Positions 53,373 through 64,000 of a DNA stretch of 64,000 bases are shown one piece after another. Below the pieces are notes generated by a model. It made no database searches. It was not told where the DNA came from and saw only the letters and a program-made list of their open reading frames with translations. A program made the position numbers and the translations under genes. Source of the DNA: Epiperipatus broadwayi (lineage: Eukaryota > Animalia > Onychophora); the NCBI GenBank assembly GCA_028023455.1, contig JAQFVV010000005.1, positions 17,670,001 through 17,734,000 of the forward strand. The letters are read 5' to 3'. The stretch's first letter is position 1. Each line of letters opens with the position of its first letter.

Positions 53373-55520
53373 CAATCCATCTAATGTGAATTGGATTCAA
53401 CTCAAGAACAAGATGGATTTAAAAGTGGTTTAATACAATGAATCACATCCAAGTATTGAGAAAAATTATAAGAAGATCATTCTACAAACTATTCTATGAT
53501 AATTAAAGCACTGGATCATCAAGATATAAACTCAGACTGCTATCATATTCTGAAAAATATTAACCCAAATTTTACATGGTCATAGTAAGAAGATTAACAT
53601 TGAGAAAGATGTATGACAAAATGATTCTATATTTCCAAATCTTTTTATAGCAGTTTGGTAAGAAATATTTTGAGGACTAAAATGGAAAACTAAAAAAATA
53701 AACACATTTGGAAATGTTACATGAGTTATCAAAAGTAAATAAGAAAAAATAACTAAAAATAAATATTAAAAAAAAACTGAAGTAATAATATTCAATGGAT
53801 TTTTCAGAAGAAAAATCAAAGATCTTGATCAAATTATTAATACAGATAAAAACTTAATTAATAAAATTAATCACATTAAAAGGAAACATGTCTATGTGCT
53901 TGAAAAGAAAGAAATTTTAACTATATATGTTTTTCCAGTTATTATTTATGGACCTAAAATTTGAATATTTAACAAAACAATACAAAGACATTAGACTATT
54001 AAATAAAGTATGGGAGACATATATCTTGGAAGAAACAATAACAAATTGAAAGTGAAACACTTGGATGAGAGAACAAACAAATATTTATTAACATTATTAA
54101 AAAAAAGAGATTAAACTGGAGCTGGACTGAAGATATTGCTAGAAGTGATGATAATTGATGAATAATTGAGAATTCTTAAAGTAAATCTTGATTGGAAAAG
54201 ATCTAGAAAAAGATGTGAGATAAATGGATGAAATCAGGAGTTTATTTATGTAATGTGGAGAAGAAAAACAGCTAAGGATTAGAGAAAGGGAAATTGGATT
54301 AAATTTGAAAAAAGTTGAAAAGGATGAAATGATGATATTATGGGATGTTCTTCATTTATAGGATGTTAAGGTAACTAAGATCATGTGATAATTGCTTTTT
54401 ATTTTCATAATATAATATGTTCTCTCATCATTAATAGTCTTTCATAAACAAATATTACTTTTCTAATTCCAGTAGAAAAAAATTCAAAAATAAATGTAAG
54501 GATGAAAAATACAATCATCAGATGGTGAGTATTTGAGGCCTTTTATAGTTTTATATATAAAAAAGAAAAGATTGGAATGCTGCACAAGAATGAAAATGTG
54601 ATTATGCAAACATGACATAGATAGCGCAGGGAGATAACCAACTGAATGAAATGTTGATAATAAATGAGTTCATCAGTAATCCAAGTGAGTGAAAATAATA
54701 TAGTTAAAGTTACTGAAAAGTGAATGAGAACAAATCATATCTATCTTTATGAACATGGCCAATGGTACTTCATTTTTGAAGCATCCATAACTCCATCAGC
54801 TTCACAGTTTAGAAAATATATATTTGTCATTAGATGGGTTATTTTTGTTAGCCATTTGTAATATTTCTAAGAGAATGAGAGCATTAATTAATTGCTGACT
54901 CCTGATGACTACAAATATTGAATCAGTTTATTTATTTAGCATATGAATTAATTATGTAAAGATATTTAGCTATCCACAAACATCATCAAATGATCTTACA
55001 TCATTATGATAAACAGACAAATAGTAAATCAATTTTTTAAAAAAAAGTAATGTAATGCATACCCTTGCACTAATAGTCAATTTTAATAAATTCTTTGCTA
55101 AAAACCATATTTAGTGTTTTTAGGTAAGAGAAGTTTACAATCATATGGCCATGGTAGTTTACTAATGCACCTAAAACTATATACACAAATAGGATACATA
55201 GATATATAATTTTTATTTGTGAGGTGCATTTTTAATCTTACCAAAAATAAAAAATACAAATTAACCTTTAACTTATTTTTAGTTACTTGTTTTGTCATGG
55301 CAATTTTTTTAAAAAAAATCTGAATTATTACTTTAGTAATTCATAACCTTTTAAAGTTTTCTATCAATTAAAAACTACATTAAATTTCAACTTTAAAACG
55401 TATTTCAAAAGCTAATTTCCACATCTATTTGTAGAAATTTTTTTTTGAGATTCTAAAATGGTGATGATACCTTAAAAACCTTTCAACTACTTTAATAATG
55501 AAAATAAAAAAACAAATATA

Positions 55521-56140
55521 GATACTAGTATCAACGATGGTATAGGGCCTGGATGGCGCTGTTGCTACATAAAAACAGTTAAATATAACGTTACTGGACC
55601 ATGACCTTTTAATAACAAACTGAAGAAATTTGAAGATTTTTTTATTTACAAAACTAACAATCTCCATCTACTTGCCGGCTTTTTTTTAAATGTAAGTTGC
55701 CACTTTAGGCATTTCTGTTAGAAACTTTTTTCTTTTTTTAAATATATTATTTAGAATACAATAACTTTTTAGACGAAAATTAAAACAATAAAACAATATC
55801 AATAGTAAGGCTGTTGTAGCGGTGGTTAACTTTGAGATGATGGAGCTCACACACAATGGATTTAAAATGTTTTGTAGCTAATACCTCATTAAAATGTAAT
55901 ATAATAATTTTTTAATAACATTTCAAATATTATGTTGACTTAAAATCTATACACCCTCAAATTATACAATAGTGCAAGCTCAATATTAATAATTTGGAGA
56001 GTATGAACAGGTAACATTAACTAAGTGTAAATTGCAAGAAATTAGCATAACACACTACAGTCTCATAAATGATATGTTTAACTGTTTGGGGCTAGCAACA
56101 GCACCATCCACCGCCCTGTACCGTCATTGATACTAGTATC
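55521..56140. mobile_element. MITE-like element with ~48-bp imperfect TIRs
   Basis: GATACTAGTATCAACGATGGTATAGGGCCTGGATGGCGCTGTTGCTA pairs with TAGCAACAGCACCATCCACCGCCCTGTACCGTCATTGATACTAGTATC. Confidence 0.6.
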
Positions 56141-58140
56141 CAAATATATTATATTTTGATAATGAATTGCCTCCCCCCTTCCTCCAATATCACAGATAAT
56201 TTATTTCTTTTAGATAGAATATATAAAAATAAAATTTATTAAATAATATTAAGTAAAAAAACTAAATCAAATGTATAAGATGTAAAAAAAAGGCTTGCTT
56301 GATCCATTTCTAAAAGTAATTTACTAATAATTGGTTTATAATTTGTCATTTTTAAAACAGCATAAGTCTCTGAATTTTTAACAATTAATTTATTTCTTTT
56401 TTGAAATATAATTATTCATATTTGAAAAATCAAATCTTGTATAAGTGTACTGAAGACAAAATGTCAAAAGGAAACATTTTTTATTTTATTTTAGAGAATA
56501 ATTTAATAGGCATCTTAACAGTTACAAATGCTCATCATCCCTGTTTCAATTTTCATTTTCATCTTTTTCTCAGAATAAAAACTGATCGGAAACTGTTAGC
56601 TTTGAGTTTGCCACTCAACTGCTTTAAAATACACAGGAATCTTTGCAATGATAATGTTTGACTCAATCATCACTATGTAATAATTAAATAGTTTGTCATT
56701 TGGGAAATCATGACATTGGAAATGACTGATCTGAGCTGCATTCCATGATCAAAACAATATTTTACCACTGCAATAAAGAATGTGAATCTGAAAGAAATAA
56801 AATGTTTTGTTGCTTGGAAGATCATATGACATTTAAACATTGAAAGCTGAAATGCAACCCACGACCATTTTCTTAAGTCTGTCACTCTCCCATTGCACCC
56901 AATCATGCAGGGTCTTGTATAACTTCATGGTAAACATCAATATTTTGTATGCCTTTCCAAATTGGCATTTATTTAGATATCAGCCAACTGTACCATTTAG
57001 TATTTTTATTTCTGTTTTCACAATACCATAAATATTAACATTTCATCACTGTAAGAAATTTAAGCCAGTGATAAAAGTGGAACCTTAAGATTAATAATTC
57101 CTGGATAAATAACAACTTTCTATGTGCATGTGTTTCTATTGTTCAATAATTACTCTAATTATCTGAAACTGACTCATCCTATAATTGCATCATGTACTGT
57201 AGATATTATGCAATTTGGAAATTTGTATATATATATGTAATGCTCATTAAAGTTTCTGATGTAATTCTAAAATTAAGAACTAACAATAAAGCATATAATG
57301 GCATGAAATAGAAAACTTTCATAAATAATGATTATGAGTATCCTATTATCTACATTCTCGTTTTATCTTTGAGTGGACAAATCAACATATGATAAATACA
57401 TATATGTATGTAATAATTAATCCTTTAATACCAAACAATATATGCAACTAATTAATTTATGAATATAGTGTGTCCCTCATTTATTTTATGTCGATTATTA
57501 TCCAGTGCAAAACTCAGACCTGTTCTTACTCATTAAACATGTATTTTAAATAACTAGCTATTCTCATCAGATAAATCAGAAAACCTAAACATCTGATTTC
57601 TAGAAACAACATTCTAATCTTTGTATTTATCTATCAAAAATAGGATAGTTTGTGTGTGAGTTTATGTATATACATACGTATATAAAATTACAGAGGAAAA
57701 GAAAGTTTACTTCTATAATGAATACAATAATTAATTTGTCTTACAATGTATGTTTGTTAAAAAAGCAATTACTCAGACTTAATATTCTTTACTGTTTATA
57801 ATTCTTGCCACAGAAAAGATAGTGTGATCTTCATTGTCTGAACATATCTGGCTTCTGCTACATGTAGTGACATAATAGATCAAGACTTACACAAGAATAA
57901 AATACATGCAATGAATATAAATAACTATTAAAGCCTTTTTATTTTTTTAACTTTATCTAATTTCATAAAAAAAATATCACAAACAAGACTGCTTTCCTAT
58001 GGTTACCAGAAAAAATCATGAAAACACATATATCTATCTTTTAATTTATCCATCTATCTAAATACTTAATTTAATCCTCTTACAAATATGTATATTCTAA
58101 TACTGTGAAATAAAACTTATAAATAAATATATATATATAT

Positions 58141-61100
58141 CAACCATTATCAATCCACTGCAGGATGAAGGTCTCTCCAAGTTCAATCCATCTTTTCCGA
58201 TCTTTAGCTTCTCTTTTCCACATCACCCCTGCCCACTTTCTTATTTCATCCATCCATCTCACATGTGGTCTCTTTTCTGGGTCTTTTACAATCTCTTGGA
58301 ATCCAGTTTAAAATTTCAATTGTCCATCTATTATCATCTCTTCTAGCAATATGTCCAGCCCAACTCCACTTCAGTCTTTTAATTTTTTCAAGGAGATCAG
58401 TAACACCTGTTTGTTCTCTTACCCATACATTGCGTTTTCAATCTCTTCTTGTTACTCCCAACATGCATCTCTCCATACTTCTTTGAGTGGTTTGAAGTCT
58501 CTGTATTGCTCTTCTATTAAGTGTCCAAGTCTCAGATCCATAAGTAAGAACTGGCAAAACACATTTATTAAAAACCTTCCTTTTCAAACACATAGGCATA
58601 TTTCCTTTTAGTATCAAGTTATTTCTACCAAAAGCACTCCAACCAAGTTTAATTCTATGATTAATTTCATCCATTATGTTTCCATCTGTATTAATAATCT
58701 GACCAAGGTATTTGTAACTGTTAACTTCTTCTAATTCATCATAATCAATCTTTATTTTCATATTTTGAGAAAATCTATTAAACATTACTTTAGTCTTTTT
58801 AACATTTATCTTTAGTTCTACTTTCATCTGATAACTCCTGCAACATTTCTTGTAACTCTAAAGCATTATTTGCAAAAACAACTACATCATCTGCAAAATC
58901 TAAATGACTTAAATAGTCTCCATTTACTTTCACTCCTTTAGCTTCCCATTTTAATCCACAAAATACTTCTTGCAGCACTGCTGTAAAAAGTTTTGGAGAT
59001 ATGGAGTCACCCTGTCTTACACCCTTCTCAATGTTGACTTTCCTACTATCATTATGTAATCTAATTGTTGCTGTTGCATTTTTATAAATATTCTTTAAAA
59101 TATGACAATATCCTGGATCTATACCTTGATGATCCAATGCTTTAATCACTGAAGAAATGTTTATAGAATCAAATGCCTTTTCATAATCTACAAATCCTAA
59201 GCATAATGGCAACTCATATTCATTTGTCCTTTCTATAACTTCTCTCAATACCTGGATATGATCTACTGTACTAAAACCACTTTTAAATCCAGCTTGTTCT
59301 CTTGGTTGGTGGAAGTCCAGTGTTCTTTGTAGGCGAGTTGTAATTATCTTAGTAAAAATTTTGTATAAAACTGATAAAAGACTGATAGGTCTGTAATTTC
59401 TAATATCTTCTTTATCACCTTTTTTAAATATTAATATTAATACTGCATTCTTCCAATCATCTGGTACATCTTTATCATTTAGACATTTGGAATATAACTT
59501 TGCTAAAAAAAATTCTATTTCTTCACCTGCTTCTTTTAATATATCAATTATAATTCCATCATTACCTGGAGCCTTCCCTTTCTTCATAAATTTAATTGCA
59601 TGTCTCACTTACTCATTCAAAATTCTGGGCAATTCGGAAGATATAATAGGTATAGGAGCCACTTGTTCTTTATTACTATATAATTCTTGATAGAAGTCTT
59701 CTACACATTTCATGATGTCATCTCTCTTTTTAGTAATAATGCCATCTTTTTTTCTTATTGCAGATATAAATTTCCTACCAATACCAAAATGTTGTTTTAC
59801 ACTCTTTAGACTTTTATTCTCTTCTACAGCTTTCCTTGCTAGTTCACAATTATACTTTCTTATATCATTTTCAACTCTTTTCCACACCATTTTACAAAAT
59901 TCGAGATATTCAATCCTTTTTAATGCATCATTTTTGTATATCTTCATATTCCTTCTTTTCTTCATAAATTCTCTAGTCTCAGTAGAAATTTTATTGATCA
60001 ATTGCTGCTTTTTTCTACCAGCTATCTTTGTTGCAGTTTTTAAAAGTGTATCAGTTATTTTCCTATTAATTTCATTCAAATCTGAATCATGTTCAAAATC
60101 TACTAATACTTGAAACCGATTTGTAAGTTCTAATTTAAATTCATTAGAATGTTTCTGAAGATAAGGAATATCAACTGTAAATATTGTTTTCCTTAATAAT
60201 TTTTGTCTCTCTAGTTTTGCATTAATATGTATCTTACATCTTACTAATCAATGATCACTTCCTGTGTTAAATTTATTAAGAACATTACAATCTTGAAATA
60301 TGTATTTTCTGTTAGTCAAAATATAATCCAATTCTGCTGTACCTTCATTTGGATGCTTCCATGTCCATTTCCTTTTTCTCAAAAAAAGAATTCATAATAT
60401 AAAGTTTTTCTTTTTCTGCAAACTCCACAAGTCTATGTCCTCTCTCATTTCTATTACCATAACCAAAATTACCTACAGCATTTTCGTCTTTCATTTGTTT
60501 ACCAATTCTAGCATTAAAGTCTCCCATAACAATTTTAAAATGTTGTTTACTCTGATCAAAAGCCTTTTGTACATCCATATAAAAATCTACTACTACTTCA
60601 TCACTATGAGAAGTTGTTGGGGCATAAACCTGAATTATCTGCATTTGGTATCTGCTATTAAGTTGTAAAACTAATCTTGCCACCCTGTCAGATACACCAT
60701 CAATCTCCACAATGTTATTCTTCCATTTTTTATTTATAATGAATCCTACTCCACTTGTATTTCCAATCTTTGTGCCTTTGTAGTAGAGTACATGCCCACT
60801 TTTTAAATCAATTGTTTCTTCACCTTTTCTTCTAACTTCACAAAGTCCAATAATGTCCCATTTAATATAAGATAGTTCTTCTTCTAACTCTTGCAATCTT
60901 CCTTCACTTGAAAGTGATCTGCAGTTGTAAGTACCTAAATAAAAAGTCATCATCAAATGGCATCCCGAGTCCACAATCAGGGAATTCTTAGCACCCTCCG
61001 CCTTCGGCCACCAACCACTGTCTTGGTTGGTGACTTTACAGCATCCTGGGAATAAGGGCCATGATTTATTTTTGTCTGTCATGATTGTATATATTGAAAA

Positions 61101-61290
61101 AATATTCTTAAACTCGGAGGTAAAAAGCCAATAAACTCACCACACTGGCTAATGCGTGTTGGTGAGCAGCCCATCCATGTTCGTATACTATATGAATAAT
61201 TACATAGTAATAACAGCTGCAACGACAAGAATGTATGGAATGGACATTAGGAATTTGCCCTGCTCGGTTCCTTGAAGGCCTCCAAGAGGA
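58141..61290 (-). mobile_element. Near-full-length RTE-clade non-LTR retrotransposon (APE endonuclease + RT), frameshifted
   Basis: APE motifs TYNCRSL, GLCEVR and GDFNARIG. RT motifs KAPGNDG, YRPISLL, EQAGF, DYEKAFD, GVRQGDSISPKLF, FADD and YKYLG. C-terminal PVLTYGSETW. Single ORF broken by several frameshifts; ~210-nt 5'UTR. Confidence 0.97.
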
Positions 61291-61610
61291 ATCAAATATA
61301 TATGTTGTGAATAACAAGAAGAGATAAAAAATTAATGAGAAAACAAACAAGTAACAATGAGATCATTAAAGAAATTGAAAATAGAACTGAGCTGAATGTA
61401 TTGTTAAAAAAATGATAGCAAATGGATAATTGAAGCTTTGAACTACATCCCAAGAGACTGAAAAAATCTAGAAAAAGCCACACATGTAAGATGGATTGAT
61501 AAAATAAGGAGGTTTATTGGAGTAATGTGAAGAAAGGAGACTATGGATTGAAGAAATTGGATTAAACTTGGAAAACTTCATTCTGCAATGAATTGATAGA
61601 GGTTGAGATT
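61291..61610 (+). mobile_element. Old RTE 3' fragment abutting the 5' end of the young element
   Basis: Decayed match to the RTE 3' end (AACAAGAAGAGAT..., CCCAAGAGA..., GGATTAAACTTGG...TTCATTCTGCAAT). Confidence 0.7.
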
Positions 61611-62080
61611 GAAAATGATATATATGTCTAATTCTATAGTATGATTTTTTTACTTGATGCTAACAAATAATAAAGATAGTAAGCTCCGATTATTTATATT
61701 AATAGATCCGAAGATTAGTCATTCTAGCCTACAATCCTTTATTAGGCCAAATAAATATATATGCATTTGAAGAAAAAAACGATTATTTTACTGAAAGAAA
61801 GGCTCTAATCTCATAATTCACAACGAGTGCATTGTTAATTATATAATAAAAACTTTTTTTTTTGTAGTAATTCAGATATTATATTTTTATTTTTAGAATT
61901 TTTATTCTGTTTTGTCGTTTATTTTCGTAAGTTTCATTTTAAAAAAAGATTGATCATAAATTTACAATTTGGAGCAAAATTAAAATATTTTTGTATACAG
62001 TATGTATAATTACCTTCCTATATTCAGCTATTCTAGATATTAATGCAAAATAATACTCATACAGAGTTTAAATAACAAAT

Positions 62081-62220
62081 TTTTAATATTATTGAACCGA
62101 GTATACTTTGGACATTTCACGCCATATTCATAGTCAGTCTGCTGAACATTCTATGCAGAATGACCATGAATATGACATGAAAATGTCAAAAGTATACCTC
62201 GTACAATAATATTATTAAAA
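62081..62220. repeat. ~140-bp palindrome (MITE-like)
   Basis: Arms TTTTAATATTATTG..GAGTATACTTTGGACATTT..CATATTCATAGTCA and its reverse complement. Confidence 0.75.
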
Positions 62221-62419
62221 ATTTTATAATTAAACTCTATATAACGAGTATTATTTTACATTAATATATATATATATAATATTCATCATTATCAGGCATC
62301 ACAAATGAGTATGGTCAATGAATATGGACATTGTGTTTATTTGATATTTTGCATACTGTCTTTTAATTTCTTTTGCTGCAAATTTTTCTTTCTAAAATAT
62401 TTCAACACCATGTTCTGAT

Positions 62420-62640
62420 TGTAGCTTTTCAATGTATTCTATTCTTAATCACATATTCCCTATGAAAATAATGAGCATTTCTATTCTTTAGAATACCTTT
62501 GGGATAATCCTTATAACATAGATAGGGTATACTTCTCCCACAATAACTCTCTCGTTCACCATAAACCATTTTAGGAAGTCTTATACTGATTATTAATTTC
62601 GCATGTCCAATCCAATAAAGATGTGATTTTACAATCATGA
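62420..62640 (-). mobile_element. LINE (RTE-like, second subfamily) C-terminal remnant
   Basis: LYWIGHAKLIISIRLPKMVYGE...CGRSIPYLCYKDYPK resembles LRWLGHVxRMxxxRLPKxLLYGEL...GRPxLRYKD. Confidence 0.6.
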
Positions 62641-64000
62641 ATTACAAAGTACTACATCCAGAAAATTGACAATATTAATATAATCTTGATGCAAATATAT
62701 AAATTATTAATTGATCTAACTCATTAATCAAAAGTAAAACATATTTTAAATAGACCACTATGGGGTAAAGGCTTCTCCAATAGCTTCTCAATAAGAATCA
62801 GTAAGAGGAGGCATTACTTGCCAGGCTTTTCAATTGCCAAGTAGCAAGAGTTTGGGTGTTTTTCCATTTTATTAAATAATGACTAGAAACCATCCATTTA
62901 TTGACCAATATTGGATTGGCTATAAGCTAACTACTTAAAAAAAATCCAAGCTCGATTAAAATCTAAAAAACAAAATTACTAGCCTTGAATTTGAATCCAA
63001 ACCGTAGGCATGGCAAACAGATGTACTACCATTGCATTTATGAGGTCTTTTTTTTATTCCAAGCCAATTTGACACACAAACATGAGGTCTAGTCACATGA
63101 TTATTTACCAGGTTAAAATAGTGAAACAAATCCACAACAATTAGCTACTGAAATTCTTACATACATATAAAAACATTAATATGATTTTTACAAGTCTGAA
63201 CACTATATTAATAATATAAAAACAAACTGCTCTTTCTCACTCATTCTGAATTTCATGAATCAGCAATTCACTAAAGATACAAAGACTGATTTTAATTTAT
63301 GAATAGAGAAGTAACATTGACTGTATTATTATATTTATAAAATAGACCCAGTTTATTATTCATTATTTAATGACTAAGATTTGTAAGTATGTTTAGATGC
63401 ATTTAAAAAGATCATGCCTTGCATATTTCAGATAATGTATTCAGAATCAATTAATGCAATGCATTTTGTGTTTGAATTACCGATGTAGTATTTGTGTAAT
63501 AACATTAGTACTTAGTTGTTAAACTTATAGTTTAGTGCAGGTATAAATTTTGCATAATCTGGAGCTCAATGTCTGTGTATCAAGGCTCAAGTAATGACTT
63601 CTAATGCTCAAACTTATTATAAACTCTTTAGAAATAAACATTTAATTAGAGATAGGTTGATGATCATCTTTCCATGGCTCACCCTGCATATAGAATGAAT
63701 TAATATGTGAATAAGATTGTCCCTGTATGAAAACATACTTTATTTTGATAAACCTTTGAATAAAGGTAGTAAAATTATAAAAACATGCATTAATATTTCT
63801 AATTATATAAAAGAATTTTAAAAACTGTTTATTTGTGAAAGTATTACTGAACTCATCTAAGGAGTCATATTACTTTCAAAATGGATATATCAAAATCAGT
63901 AGGCATTATTGTAAAGCAAGCCATTTACTAATGGTGTAAATGTTGATTTTATTTTGTGTTGATAGATGACACATATTGTTTATACTATAGAAGTTTTTCT

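Larger units (their letters stand above)
50130..54330 (+). mobile_element. Old fragmented RTE LINE interrupted by later insertions
   Basis: APE fragment RLVIHINESYQMQIIQIYAPMSSYCDEKVEDFY...IIMRDFNVRIG at 50130-50580. Decayed RT and 3' pieces at ~52250-53000 and ~53376-54330. Confidence 0.7.

Noticed and set aside
53012-59690. Antisense ORFs over RTE copies (for example 53012-53380, 58265-58486, 59487-59690, 45751-46197)
   Set aside because: These are shadow frames of the RTE coding strand.
60985-61050. Twister-like GGAGGG motif near the RTE ORF start
   Set aside because: No GUCCCAAGC-type loop 4 and no matching P1/P2 pairing in any permutation.

Overview
Very AT-rich, CpG-poor eukaryotic DNA, most likely an invertebrate animal (inference). 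No host protein-coding gene can be supported with confidence; the window is mostly transposable-element sequence. It contains a young RTE-clade LINE family: one near-full-length copy (58141-61290, minus), one TSD-flanked 5'-inverted copy (45784-47784) and 3' fragments. It also has older RTE remnants, an L1/Tx1-type 3' fragment with a zinc knuckle, mariner and hAT remnants, several foldback/MITE palindromes, two short tRNA-derived SINE insertions, a decayed C2H2 zinc-finger array and a compound (ATCC)n/(ATCT)n microsatellite. The main unexpected signal is two non-coding dispersed repeat families that each carry a minimal type I hammerhead ribozyme motif, as in retrozymes and Penelope-like elements. 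Family A has a ~440-nt head-to-tail monomer. Four of its insertions have 14-18 bp TSDs and share the same two-armed inverted architecture. Family B has a different hammerhead in three copies. Ribozyme calls come from manual folding; activity is untested.
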